A DNA stretch of 64,000 nt, from the NCBI GenBank assembly GCA_963823665.1, contig CAWGMQ010000004.1:928001-992000 (forward strand), written 5' to 3'. Positions 33,001-44,423 of the stretch are shown here, piece by piece. The notes under the pieces were generated by a model. That model did not search any database and was not told where the DNA came from. It saw only the letters and a program-made list of their open reading frames with translations. Each line of letters begins with the position of its first letter. Positions within the stretch are counted from its first letter, which is position 1. Source of the stretch: an uncultured Planctomycetota bacterium (GTDB taxonomy: Bacteria; Planctomycetota; Planctomycetia; Isosphaerales; Isosphaeraceae). The translations under genes were made by a program, and so were the position numbers.

Positions 33001-33384
33001 CAGGTCAGCCCCTTCGAACGGTAGGGCCTTGCGGATCAGCGTGCTGATCACGGCGTCAGCCGACCGGCGCCGCAGCCACACGTCGTTCCAGCCCGGGACA
33101 AGATGAACGTTCATGCGTTCCATGTCATTGGACGCGCGAGCGCGGAATTCTTCGAGCTGCATGTCCCACTGGCGCACCTGTGCAACCGCCGCCATGACAT
33201 ACCGGCGCGCTTGGTGGGGCTTGCCGGCGAGCAACGTCTTCCCGCTCGGAAGGGCCTGCAGATCGATCGGCATGTAGCCCAGGCGCTCGCCGATCGTCGC
33301 AACGGCCTCGTGGACCCAGGCCGCCACGGCGGCGTGCTCTGCCGCCAAGGGATCGTCCTGCGCGAACTTGAAGTCTTCATTCAT
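30054..33384 (-). CDS. DUF4132 domain protein, ~1100 aa (frameshifts at ~31500, ~32035, ~32480)
   Basis: W..RYLDHPL...RRLIW, LWHP, QPFKQAHREIY, SNRFAAH, FSEIMRDVDLFV, YKIHLGSGN; four ORFs form a collinear protein. Confidence 0.8.
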
Positions 33385-33411
33385 TGACGGCTCGGCCAGC
33401 ACCCTTCGCCT

Positions 33412-33640
33412 TCACTTCACGTCAACCCCAAGCTCCGCCCTGATGGCTCGCAGGTCTTGTTTCGTCTTGGCGCCAGCCGAAACAACCCAACCTCGGCGCA
33501 TCGGTAGAACGTCCTCGGCGGAAAAGCAGAAAACCTGGCTGGGTCGGCCGAAGACCTGCTCCCCCTTGAGCTCACCGTAACAAGTCCATTTACTTTTATC
33601 AAATTTTACGTGAGCTGCCTGGGAATCGTCGATGAATCCG
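33412..33640 (-). pseudogene. Possible 3' remnant of an unknown gene
   Basis: Protein-like C-terminal stretch (KFDKSKWTCYGEL...IRAELGVDVK) with no convincing start. Confidence 0.25.
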
Positions 33641-33986
33641 GAGGATCGCGTTTCCCTCCGTCGGTGTTTTCCGAGGCGGCGGGCACTCTCGGCGTCTGGG
33701 TGCGGCCGGACGCTGCTGCCGCGCTCAAGCTCAGACATACGGATTGAGCGCGGTGGAGCGTGACAACCGCACCCCCGCGATCTTGGTGGATCCCCGGCGC
33801 ACGTCCCGTGGCAAAGCTGGTAAAATGCGAAATGCTTCCGACCCAGTGCGCTGCGGACCACCAGGAAATCCCATGCTTCAGCAGGCCCGATTGCATGCCG
33901 ATCAACGCACGCTCGGCCTCACGTGCGTGACGCGTTTTTTTGGATCAGAATGTTGTCGTTGAGATTCGGAGACGAAGGGCCGCGGT

Positions 33987-35975
33987 ATGATTCGCAATCG
34001 CAACGCGATCACTCTGCTGTTGCTATCAGGCAGCATCCTTCTGGCTGGCTCGCTTCGAACGTCTGGACAACAGACGGCGCGCGCGGAAGGGCCGTCATCC
34101 GGGCCGCTTCGAACCGACACGCTCGGAGATCCGTTGCCCGCAGGCGCCGTCGCGCGCATCGGCAGTCTTCGTGGTCGGATCGGTGAGGCGTCGAGCCGAG
34201 TCATCTTCTCTCCCGACGGACGCTTCGTCATTGCAACATCCGAGCAGGTGAAAATGCCGCTCCGCTTGTGGGATCCAGAAACAGGGCGGTTGATCCGAGT
34301 GCTCAACGAGCTTGACCCTCTCAAGTTTGTGCAGCACGCCGCGTTTTCGAACGACAGCACGTTGATCGCCACGGCTGACGTGACCGGGACAATTCGGGTG
34401 GGGTCGACAGAGACAGGCCGCAAGATCCGTGAGCTCGTCGGGTGCGAGGAAGTCAATGCGATCGTGTTTTCCCCTGATGGAAAGCGTGTTCATGCAGCCG
34501 AAGGTGCCTGCATTTTGTGGACGTGGGATGTCGCCACGGGACAAGTGATGCGCTGCTTATTTCTTGAATCGAGCGCCATTGCGTTTTCGCCGGACGGAAA
34601 GTACATCGCGATCGGCCATCGCGGAGGCACGATGGCGGTCCGAGATCTGACAAGCTGGGCTGAGATTCACCGATTCGGAACACACGGCAAAACAACAGCA
34701 CCGCTGGCATTCTCTCCGGACGGCAAGCGACTGGCTTCAACCGGTAGAAAACGAACGGTGCAAGTCTGGGACATCGCCACTGGCCGCCTTCTTGGCCGTC
34801 ATCCCGATCTCCGAACTCCTGACGGCCTGATCATCGAGAACCTGGAGCGTCAGGTCGCCTTCTCGCCCGACGGCAAATCGCTCGCCGTGGGCGAAACGCT
34901 CTCGACGCTTTCGATCTGGGATGTCGAGACTGGCCGGCGATTGCGGTGGTTTCATGGAATAGAACCGGAACATGGATTCTCTTTTGCGCCGGATGGTAAG
35001 ACATTGGTTTCGGGCGGGTCTCATTTACGGTTCTGGGATATCGCCCGAGGTCTCGAAATCGGCCGCTTTCCCAAGCTTGGAATCATCTCGTCCATTGCAT
35101 TCCGGCCCGATGGCAAGGCAATTGCAACGGGCACCGGCGAAGCGCTCCGACCCGACGGCAAAGCAATTGCAACGGGCACCGACGACGCGCTTCAGGTTTG
35201 GGAAATCAACTCGGGGCGCGAGCTGCACCGAATGGCCGGAGCTTGGAACTCGATCCGCTCGGTAGCATACTCGCCGGACGGCAAGACGCTCGCGTCATCG
35301 GGTGCCGGTGGATCTCTGCGGCTCTGGGACGCACAGAAAGGCCGCGAGATCCGGAGTGTGCCTGGATTGTCCGGGTTTGTCTGGCAAGTTGCCTTTTCGC
35401 CGGACGGCAAATTCTTCGCCGCTGTCGACGAGCGCGGAGCAGGGCTATGGAATCTCGCCACAGCGAAGGAGATCCCCCGATTTTCAAAGCTGCCGAAGGC
35501 ACCTTTCAAGCAAGTCTGCTTCACTGTGGACGGAAAAACGCTTGCACTGGGCGGCAAAGAGGGGATCTTCGTATGGGACGTCGAAACAGACCGCGAGCTC
35601 AAACAGACGTCTGGATGGCCTTTTGCACTGGCCTTGTCGCGGGACGGAAGAACCCTGGCATGGGACACTGAGTCGGGAGGTGTGTGTCTCTGGAAGTGGA
35701 GGGGCGACACCTTCATCCAAATCCCGCCGAGCCGCACGCCGGACGATGGTCAATTACATTTCCCTGCGATCGCATTCAGTCCAGATGGCAAAACGCTCGC
35801 TTCAACCGGTCAGGACAACTGCGTCACGCTCCGCGACGCGGCCACAGGCAAAGCGAATAAGATGCTCGTTGGCCACGAAGCCGCTGTGACTTCTCTCGAC
35901 TTCTCTCCCGACGGCAAAACGCTTGTTTCCGGCAGCGTTGACGGCACTGTGCTGATCTGGGACACCGGGAATTGA
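33987..35975 (+). CDS. Secreted WD40-repeat protein, paralog 1
   Basis: Signal peptide; DTLGDPLPAGAVARIG; many AFSPDGK...WD repeats. Confidence 0.92.
   Translation: MIRNRNAITLLLLSGSILLAGSLRTSGQQTARAEGPSSGPLRTDTLGDPLPAGAVARIGSLRGRIGEASSRVIFSPDGRFVIATSEQVKMPLRLWDPETGRLIRVLNELDPLKFVQHAAFSNDSTLIATADVTGTIRVGSTETGRKIRELVGCEEVNAIVFSPDGKRVHAAEGACILWTWDVATGQVMRCLFLESSAIAFSPDGKYIAIGHRGGTMAVRDLTSWAEIHRFGTHGKTTAPLAFSPDGKRLASTGRKRTVQVWDIATGRLLGRHPDLRTPDGLIIENLERQVAFSPDGKSLAVGETLSTLSIWDVETGRRLRWFHGIEPEHGFSFAPDGKTLVSGGSHLRFWDIARGLEIGRFPKLGIISSIAFRPDGKAIATGTGEALRPDGKAIATGTDDALQVWEINSGRELHRMAGAWNSIRSVAYSPDGKTLASSGAGGSLRLWDAQKGREIRSVPGLSGFVWQVAFSPDGKFFAAVDERGAGLWNLATAKEIPRFSKLPKAPFKQVCFTVDGKTLALGGKEGIFVWDVETDRELKQTSGWPFALALSRDGRTLAWDTESGGVCLWKWRGDTFIQIPPSRTPDDGQLHFPAIAFSPDGKTLASTGQDNCVTLRDAATGKANKMLVGHEAAVTSLDFSPDGKTLVSGSVDGTVLIWDTGN
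35101..35190 (+). repeat. 45-bp in-frame tandem duplication within the WD40 gene
   Basis: RPDGKAIATGTGEAL / RPDGKAIATGTDDAL; 40 of 45 nt identical. Confidence 0.9.
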
Positions 35976-36182
35976 GACGGTAACGGTTAGCGCGGCAGAA
36001 TCGACTTCGATCTCAGAACGGGGCCACGCCCACAGTGCATCTCGCGTGCCGTCCTGCTAGGATGTTGGCGCCACGGTCGCACACCACGGGTCGATGTGAT
36101 CGGACCATGGACGGCCCAACTAAAGCGCGCGCACATGTTGAATCAATGGCCGCGTTGAGAATTCGCGACGAAAGGGATACCT

Positions 36183-38150
36183 ATGCGTCTCGGATGCAGT
36201 GCAGCCGTCATTTTGTTGATATCAGGCAATGCGGTCGGCCTCGGCTCAAGCCTGGCGCGAGGCGACGAAGGCTCACAGCAAGCAGCAGCCAACCCCGCGA
36301 AGGCGCGAACGGACGCGATCGGAGACCCATTGCCCTCGGGTGCATTCGCGCGCATCGGGAGCGTGCGCGGATGGATCGGAGAGGGATCGAGCCGGGTCGT
36401 GTTCTCTCCCGACGGAAAGTTCCTCACCGCGACCTCCCTTCAGATCAAAATCGCGTTCCGTCTATGGGACCCCAGAACCGGACAAGTTGTTGCACGGCCC
36501 AAGCAGCTTGATCCGCTCCAGTTCGCAATCCGTGTGGCATTCTCACACGACAGCGCGATGGTGGCCGTCGCCGACAGCGTCGGCGCCGTGAGGGTGGGGC
36601 GCACCGGAGCGGGCCAGAAGATTACCACGCTTCTGGGGCCCGATGATTTGCAAACCATCGCGTTCTCCTCGGATAACACTCGGTTGCATGCTCACGACTG
36701 GTCGAGCAATACGTTGTGGACCTGGGACATCGCCACCGGCAAAGTAATTCGATGTTTGTTCCTCGGACGTTGCGTTGTCACCTTTTCGCCGAATGGCAAG
36801 TACATCGCCATCGCCCGGCAAGGTGGCAGGATGTCAATTCACGATCTGACGACCTGGGCCGAGATCCACCGATTCCGCGCTCGTGGGAGAATGGGTGCTC
36901 CTCTGGCATTTTCTCCCGATGGCAAACGACTTGCAACTTCGGGAAGAAAAGGCGCGATTCATGTTTGGGACCTGGCCACCGGCCGTCTTCAGGGTCGCTT
37001 TCCCGGTCTCCGAGCTCCACGCGGTCTAATCGTTGAAAACCTTGAATACCAGGTCGCCTTTTCCCCCGATGGTTCGACCCTCGCCGCGGCCGAAACCCTC
37101 AATACGCTCTCTCTCTGGGATGTAGAAACCGGCCGGTGCTTCAGGCGCTTTTATCAAATTCCAATTGAACATGGCTTTGCATTTACGCCCGACGGCAAAA
37201 CACTCGTGCTCGGAGGGCCGCACTTCCGCTACTGGGACATCACCCGCGGCCACGAAGTCCATCGCTTTCCGCGACTGGGCGAAATATTCTCGCTCGCGCT
37301 AGAGCCGAGCGGCAACTTGATCGCATCAGCAAACGGCGACGAGCTCGTGCTAACGGAACTCAGTACAGGGCGGGAAGTGCGCCGAATTAAGAGCACTACC
37401 ATTCTGCACTCGCTCACAGAAGTGGCTTTTTCGCCGGACGGCAAGATGCTCGCGTCATCGGGGCTTGTCGGCTTCCTGAAGATCTGGGATGCGGCAACCG
37501 GCCGCGAGATCCGTCGCATACGCACAGCACTTGGCCCAGCCCCGCAATTCGCCTTCTCGCCGGACAGCAAATTCCTCGCCGCAGGCGACGGGGCCGGAAC
37601 CTATGTGTGGGATTTAGCCACCGGCCAGGAAGATCCTCGGTTCTCACCCCTCCTCACCGGGCCGACCGACTTGGTTTGCTTTGTTCCACGCGGAACGACG
37701 ATTGCGGTCGGCGGCAGAAACGAAGTGAGCGTCTGGAATCTCGAAACGCGTCGGGCCATCGGTAAGGAATTGTTTTCCGCCAACTGGACTCTGGCTGTCG
37801 CGCCGGATGGAAGCTCGTTAGCCGCGGGCGGTTATTCGGGTGTTCTGCATCTCTGGAAACTGAGAGACGGGGCCGTGCTCGACGTCGCGCCCAAGCGACC
37901 ATCCGATGATGATCCACCGTCGATCACTGCGATCGCCTTCAGTGCAGACCACAAGACCCTCGCTACGGCGGGAGAGGACAAGCGCATCGCGCTTCGCGAC
38001 CCGACAACCGGGCAGGAGCGCCGGAGCCTGGAAGGGCACCAAGCCGCGGTGACTGGGCTCGCATTCACTCCCGACGGCAAGACTCTGCTCTCTGGCAGCC
38101 GAGACGGCACCGTCCTCCTGTGGGACCGCCGCGTCGTCGACAGCGATTGA
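36183..38150 (+). CDS. Secreted WD40-repeat protein, paralog 2
   Basis: DAIGDPLPSGAFARIG; collinear with paralog 1 (GLIVENLEYQVAFSPDG vs GLIIENLERQVAFSPDG). Confidence 0.92.
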   Translation: MRLGCSAAVILLISGNAVGLGSSLARGDEGSQQAAANPAKARTDAIGDPLPSGAFARIGSVRGWIGEGSSRVVFSPDGKFLTATSLQIKIAFRLWDPRTGQVVARPKQLDPLQFAIRVAFSHDSAMVAVADSVGAVRVGRTGAGQKITTLLGPDDLQTIAFSSDNTRLHAHDWSSNTLWTWDIATGKVIRCLFLGRCVVTFSPNGKYIAIARQGGRMSIHDLTTWAEIHRFRARGRMGAPLAFSPDGKRLATSGRKGAIHVWDLATGRLQGRFPGLRAPRGLIVENLEYQVAFSPDGSTLAAAETLNTLSLWDVETGRCFRRFYQIPIEHGFAFTPDGKTLVLGGPHFRYWDITRGHEVHRFPRLGEIFSLALEPSGNLIASANGDELVLTELSTGREVRRIKSTTILHSLTEVAFSPDGKMLASSGLVGFLKIWDAATGREIRRIRTALGPAPQFAFSPDSKFLAAGDGAGTYVWDLATGQEDPRFSPLLTGPTDLVCFVPRGTTIAVGGRNEVSVWNLETRRAIGKELFSANWTLAVAPDGSSLAAGGYSGVLHLWKLRDGAVLDVAPKRPSDDDPPSITAIAFSADHKTLATAGEDKRIALRDPTTGQERRSLEGHQAAVTGLAFTPDGKTLLSGSRDGTVLLWDRRVVDSD

Positions 38151-38277
38151 AAAGACACTCTCGACACGGACTGCAACCTAGGCTCAACACCGCAACCACG
38201 ACCTGAGTGCACGCCGCACTTTCACAGGTTAGAATACCCGGCGTAGGTTCGACAAAACGAAAGGAGACCGATCTCTC

Positions 38278-40174
38278 ATGAACGCCTCTCCCGGCACCGA
38301 GACGATCCGCCTGACGATGGCGCAGGCGATTGTGAAGTATCTCCAGGCGCAATACAGCGAACGCGACGGCAATTCGCGCCGCTTGATCCCGGCCATGTTC
38401 GGCATCTTCGGCCACGGCAACGTCTGCGGCATGGGGCAGGCGCTCGAGGAGTGTGGCGAGGGCCTGCCGTACTACCAGCCCTGCAACGAGCAGTCGATGG
38501 TGCACACCTCGATCGGCTTCGCCAAGGCGAGCCACCGGCTGGCCACGTTCGCCTGCACCGCCTCGATCGGGCCCGGCTCGACCAACATGATCACCGGCGC
38601 GGCCGCGGCGACGATCAACCGCCTGCCGGTGCTCCTCTTCCCCTCTGATTACTATGCAACCCGCCATCAAGGGCCCGTGCTCCAGCAGCTCGAGCACCCG
38701 GTTTCCGCCGACGTGAGCGTCAACGATTGTTTCCGCCCCGTCAGCCGCTTCTTCGACCGCATCACTCGCCCCGAGCAAATCCTCACGGCACTGCCGGAAG
38801 CAATGCGCGTGCTCACCGACCCGGCCGAGACCGGCGCCGTCACCATCGCGCTGCCCCAGGATATCCAGGCACATGCGTATGATTACCCCCGCCACTTCTT
38901 CCGCGAGCGCCGCTGGAGAGTCGAGCGCCGCCCGGCTGACGGCGAGCGCATCCGGGAGGCGGTCGCTCTGCTGGCCGCGGCCGAGCGCCCCGTCTTGATC
39001 GCCGGCGGCGGGGTGCATTACTCCGAAGCGTGGAGTGAGCTCCAGCAGCTTCGCCGATGGTCTCGGCATTCCCGTCGGCGAGACGTTCGCGGGCAAAGGT
39101 GCGCTCAAGGAAGTCTCGCCGATTGCCCTGGGCGGCATCGGACTTGAAGGGACGGGAACGGCAGCCGAGTTGATCGCGGCGGCCGATCTGGTCATCTCGG
39201 TCGGCACCCGGCTGACCGATTTCGCCACCGGATCGCAGTCGGCCTTTCGCCATCCCCACGTGCGGTTCATCAGCATCAACGTGAGCCCGCACGACGCCTA
39301 CAAGCAAGGTGCCCTGCCGATCGTGGCCGATGCGAAGCTGGCGCTCGAAGCCTTGCTCGAAGCCGCGCTGGCCGTCGGCATCAAGCCCCGCGAGGCTTAT
39401 AAGGCCGAAGTAAAAGAGGCGCGAAGCGCCTGGGCCGCGAAGATGCGGGCTGAGGTCTATGCCGAGCGTGAAGGCGAGATGATGAGCCAGGGCCAGTTGA
39501 TCGGATTGCTCAATCGCGAAGCTCAATCCGGCGACACAGTCATCGCCGCCTCGGGCGGCCCGCCGGGAGATCTCTTGAAGCTCTGGGATACGGCCGGCGG
39601 CCGGACCTGTCATCTCGAATTCGGATATTCCTGCATGGGCTACGAGATCCCCGCCGGCCTGGGCGTCCGCCTGGCTCAGCCTGCTGGTGAAGTCTTTGTG
39701 TTGATCGGCGACGGCACCTACCTGATGAACCCGACCGAGCTGGCCACCGCGGTGCAAGAAGGCCTCAAAATCACCGTGATCGTGGCCGAAAATCATGGGT
39801 ACCAGTGCATCCGCCGCCTCCAGATGTGGCGCACCGGCAAGAGCTTCGGCAACGAATTTCGCAAGCGCGATCGAGCGACCGACCGTCTCGAGGGCGACTA
39901 CCTCCAGTTCAACCTGGCTGCAAATGCAGAAAGCTTCGGCGTGCGGGCCTTCTCGGTAACGAACCTCGATCAGCTCGCACAGGCACTGCGCCAGGCCCGA
40001 GCCGAAACCCGCCCGTGCGTGATCGTCGCCGAGGTCGAGAAACACCGAGTCCTGCCCGGAGGCGGCTGCTGGTGGGACGTCGCCCCGGCCGAGGTCAGCC
40101 TCGAACCCAAGACGCAGGAGCTACGGGCCGAGTACGAGCGAGACAAAGCGCGGTTGCAGCGGTTGCATTATTGA
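38278..40174 (+). CDS. iolD: 3D-(3,5/4)-trihydroxycyclohexane-1,2-dione acylhydrolase (frameshift at ~39050)
   Basis: TIRLTMAQAIV, GIFGHGNV, NEQSM, SIGPG, LEFGYSCMGYEI, TPP motif IGDGTYLM..EN. Confidence 0.93.
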
Positions 40175-40202
40175 GGATGAATCATATTGAGAAAGGAACG
40201 TC

Positions 40203-41103
40203 ATGAATATCCGTCTTGGTAGTGCACCGGACTCCTGGGGAGTCTGGTTCCCCAGTGATCCCAAGCAGATCCCCTGGCAGAGATTCCTCGACGAGATTGC
40301 CGAGGCCGGCTACGAGTGGACCGAGCTGGGGCCCTACGGATACCTGCCCACCGACTTGCCGACCCTGCGCGCAGAGCTCGCCCGCAGAGGGCTCAAGGTG
40401 ACCGCGGCCTTCGCCATGGGACATCTGGAAGATCCCGACGCCTGGCCCGCTCTTGAAAAACAGGCCTGCGGAGGTGGCGAGCTGGTGGCGGCCCTGGGCG
40501 GGCGATTCCTCGTCTTGATCGACGACACGTATTCCGACCCCTTCACCGCGCAGCCCACCAAGCCAAAACGCCTCGATGCCGACGCGTGGAAGCGATTGAT
40601 CGAAGCCACCCACCGCATGGCCGATCTGGCCAAAGGACCGGCTCGGCTTGCAGATGGTTTATCACCCCCATGCCGAGACGCACGTCGAGTACGAAGACCA
40701 GATCGAGACCTTCCTCACCCAGACCGACCCTTCCCGCGTGGCGCTCTGCCTCGATACCGGCCATCACGCTTATCGAGGCGGCGACCCCGTGGCCTTCTTC
40801 CTCAAGCATCACACGCGCATCCCCTACCTGCACTTGAAGAGCGTTGACCGCGAGAAACAGGCATGGGTCGAGCGCGAGCACATTCCCTTCGCCATTGCGG
40901 TGGGCAACGACATGTTCTGCGAGCCCGACACAGGCGCGGTCGACTTCATCGCGTTTCGTGACGCGCTCCGCAAGGTCGACTACGACGGCTGGGCGACCGT
41001 CGAACAGGATATGTACCCCGCTCCGTTCGACAAGCCATTCCCGATCGCCAAGCGCACTCTCGAGTACCTTCGTTCGATCGGGCTCGACGCTCGCCGCGAC
41101 TGA
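40203..41103 (+). CDS. iolE: IolE-like inosose dehydratase / sugar-phosphate isomerase (frameshift at ~40637)
   Basis: SAPDSWGVW, TELGPYGY, YHPH..T.VE, CLDTGH, HLK, VEQD; follows iolD. Confidence 0.75.
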
Positions 41104-41147
41104 GCCAATCGCGCCGTGGGGCACTGTTCTCGCAATCGAGGCGAAGC

Positions 41148-42525
41148 ATGAGCGAGCCACACGTCGACCTCCGACTCGACATCGATTCGGAAGTCGGCGT
41201 CGACGAGGAACGCGAAAGCCGCGTTCGTTATCAGGTCCTGGCGTTCGCCTGCGCACTTGCGGTCGTGACCTACATTCATCGAATCGGATTTGTCGTCGGC
41301 GCGCCGGTCATCGGAGGAAGCCTTCGGTTCAGCCAGACACAGGTCGGCTACATGATGCTGGCCTTTCAACTGGCCTATGGGCTCTTTCAGGTGCCAGGTG
41401 GGTTGTTGGGCGACCGTCTCGGCGGCCGTCGTGTCCTGACGACCCTGGTCCTCGGCTGGTCGCTCTTGACCGGCGCCGTGGCGCTCGCCGCGCTCCTTCC
41501 ACGCGGAATCATGCTGCCGCTCGCTTTCTTGCTGGCGCTGCGATTCCTCTTTGGCATGCTCCAGGCCGGCGGGTTTCCCACGCTTGGGCGGGTCATCGCG
41601 GATTGGATGCCGATCAATGAGCGCGGAAAGGCTCAGGGTTCGATCTGGATGTTCAGCCGATGGGGCGGCGCGTTGATTCCGTTTATCTTGAAATGGCTCT
41701 TCGAGGTCTGGGGAAGCTGGCCAGTTCCGTTCCTGCTTATCGCCGGACTGGGCCCGCTCTGGTGCGGCAGCATTCTGGCTGTGGTTCCGCGACAAGCCGG
41801 AGCAGATGCCCAGGGTCAATCGCCGCGAGCTGAAGACGATCAAAGCCGGTCGGGGACAGATTGCTGACGCCGCCGGAGGCGTGCCGTGGAAAACAATGCT
41901 CCGATCCAGAAGCGTGTGGGCGCTCTGCCTGATGTACGGCTTCACAGGCTTCTCGGGCAACTTCTTCACGACAATGCTCCCCCTGTTTCTGACAAAACAG
42001 CGAGATCTCTCAGCCGACCAGATCGCCTGGCTTTCCGCATTACCTCTGGCGGGCGGCTCAATCGCCTGCGTTCTGGGCGGCACCGCGTCAGACTGGGCCA
42101 TCAGTCGGTTCGGCAGTCGCAAGTGGGGCCGCCGTTACGTGGGGATGATCGGCTTGGGTCTCGCTGGCCCAGCTCTTCTCGCCGTCAACTCGGCCCAGAG
42201 CGTCTGGCTGCTCGCATTGCTTCTCACCGCGGCATTTTCGCTTAACGATCTGACAATGGGTCCGGCCTGGGCTGCTTGCGCCGATATCGGCGAACGCTAC
42301 GCCGGCACACTCTCGGGCGCGATGAATATGTTGAGCGCGCTCGCCGGGGGCCTCGGTGCCGTGATGGTGGGTTACCTTTTCGACCTACGCCGAGCGGATC
42401 TGGTCTTCACCATCTTTGCTGGCGCTTTCGCGCTGGCCTCTGTGTGCTGGCTCGGCGTCGACGTAACCCAACGATTGAGCGATTCCGTCGTGAAGCAGAA
42501 TCGAGAATTCGGGAGCGCAGGCTGA
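41148..42525 (+). CDS. MFS transporter, anion:cation symporter-like (frameshift at ~41776)
   Basis: YIHR, GLLGDRLGGR, WMPINERGKAQG, AGTLSGAMN; many TM segments. Confidence 0.88.
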
Positions 42526-43522
42526 TGGCAAGCTTGAAAGTCGTTCTGGTCGCCAACGACCTTCCTCCCACGCCCGATTGGGTACGCCCAGCAGCTCGCA
42601 GAGTCGGGGATCGAGCTGGTGGAGCGCGAATGCTCGTGCGCTTCCGAAGTCGTGGAAACCGCCGGCGACGCCGACGTCGTCTGGACGATGGGCGGCTCTC
42701 GACTGATCACGCCCGACGTGCTCCCCCTTCTGCGCCGTTGCCGTGCGATCCTGCGCACCGGCACCGGGACCGACAATATCCCGGTGCCGGAAGCAACGCG
42801 TCTGGGCATCGTGGTGGCCAACACCCCGGAGGTGACGATGCACCAGGTCGCCGAGCATGCCATCGGGCTCTTGTTTGCGGTGATCCGCCAGATCGCGCGG
42901 CAAGACCGCGCTCGTCCGGCACGGCGTTTGGGACCGTTACGCTGCCTGGCCAGACTGGCACCTGGCCGGCCAGACGTTCGGACTGCTCGGATTCGGCCGC
43001 ATCGCACGGCTGGTGGCGAAAAAAATCTCCGGCTTCGAGATGAATATCATGGCCTGCGACCCGGCTGTCGAAGCGGGCGTGATGGCCGAGCACGGAATCC
43101 AGAAAGTGGCGATTGATGAACTGTTCTCCCGCTCCGATTTCATTTCGATTCACATGCCGCTGCTCGACGCGACGCGTCGATCAATCGGGGAAGCTCAATT
43201 TCGCCTGATGAAACCGAAGGCCGTCTTGATCAACACCGCGCGGGGAGAGATCATCGACCAACCTGCGCTCGTGCACGTTCTCGCGGAGCGCCGGATCGGA
43301 GGGGCCGGCCTTGACGTGCTGGACCCCGAGCCGCCCGCGCCTGCTGACCCGATCCTCGCCCTCGATAACGTCGTGATCACGCCGCACATCGCCGGCTACT
43401 CTGATCTGTTTCGCGAAGGTTTCTGGCGGCACTCCGCCCTAACGCTTGTGGCGATTGCGCGAACCGGCAAGCCGATCTGGGTCGTCAACCCCGAGGTCGT
43501 GCCCAGGAGCGCTGCGCCGTGA
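42525..43522 (+). CDS. D-2-hydroxyacid/phosphoglycerate dehydrogenase-like protein (frameshifts at ~42585 and ~42915)
   Basis: RTGTGTDNI, VAEHA, GLLGFGRIA, INTARG, DVLDPEP, TPHIAG; TGATG coupling to the MFS gene. Confidence 0.85.
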
Positions 43523-43535
43523 CGCGCGTCGTTTT

Positions 43536-44189
43536 TTACGCAGATGCGGATCGAGCGACCGCGAGCGGTCTTCGCTTTCCAGCGCTCACCTTGAATGGCT
43601 CGAGCACGTCTGCCTCGGCGTCGTAAATCGCGCACCACCCATCGCAGACCGCGCCCACGACAAACAGATACCGGTTGTGTGCATCGAGCGTGAACGCCCG
43701 CTCGCCGCTCCAGTCCAGCGCTCCACCCGGCGTCACTGCCAGCCAGCGATGAAAGTGCCCCACAAAGATGCGCCGGTGTGGAAACGGCGCAAAATTGCGC
43801 GCCGCATCCTCCGCGGTCTTCGGAGCGCGCTCAACGTACCAGGGCTGTTCGATGTCGGTGGGGTCGATGCATGGCAGTACATGGCTGAATAGCAAATCGC
43901 CGATCTCGTGCCGCGCGGTCAACAGGTGCATGTAGTCGAGCGTTCGCCAGTCGAAATAGCCTTCGACCGACTCGCCGCGTCCTGCATAAAGCGCGAACTC
44001 GTGATTGCCCCAAACGCCTTCCACTCTCGCTTGCCTGAGCAAATCAACCGCGTCGGCGAACTGGTCGCCCGACTCGAAGATATCGCCCAGCGTGATCAAC
44101 CGGTCGACGCCCTCGCGCTTGCAACAATTGATTGCCGCCTCGAGGCCGGCGACGTCCTCGTGAATATCCGCCAGGAGTCCAATCCGCAT
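43536..44189 (-). CDS. Calcineurin-like metallophosphoesterase
   Basis: ADIHE, LGD, GNHE, FSH, GHFH. Confidence 0.88.
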   Translation of the reverse strand: MRIGLLADIHEDVAGLEAAINCCKREGVDRLITLGDIFESGDQFADAVDLLRQARVEGVWGNHEFALYAGRGESVEGYFDWRTLDYMHLLTARHEIGDLLFSHVLPCIDPTDIEQPWYVERAPKTAEDAARNFAPFPHRRIFVGHFHRWLAVTPGGALDWSGERAFTLDAHNRYLFVVGAVCDGWCAIYDAEADVLEPFKVSAGKRRPLAVARSASA

Positions 44190-44336
44190 CGGCGCGATTC
44201 CGTTAACAAAGATTGACAGCTCGAACCATTTCCCGGTCTCTGCTCACTTAAGCTAGTACGTTCGCCGAGATCGTGCGTGACAAACTCGCTACAAAAAGCG
44301 ATCGTGCAATCATGCAGCCAACGTGTAAGGGCGTGA

Positions 44337-44390
44337 TGTTCGCAAAACACGAACACAGCGCTTGCTCGTTCGTGTTTCGCGAATTAGAAT
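44337..44390 (+). promoter_or_regulatory. higBA sigma70-type promoter with two TTCG-N7-CGAA operators
   Basis: TTGCTC(44362)-17 bp-TAGAAT(44385); palindromes at 44337-44355 and 44368-44384. Confidence 0.7.
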
Positions 44391-44423
44391 TGGCCGTGCG
44401 GTTGAACTCAGGGGCTGTGTGGC

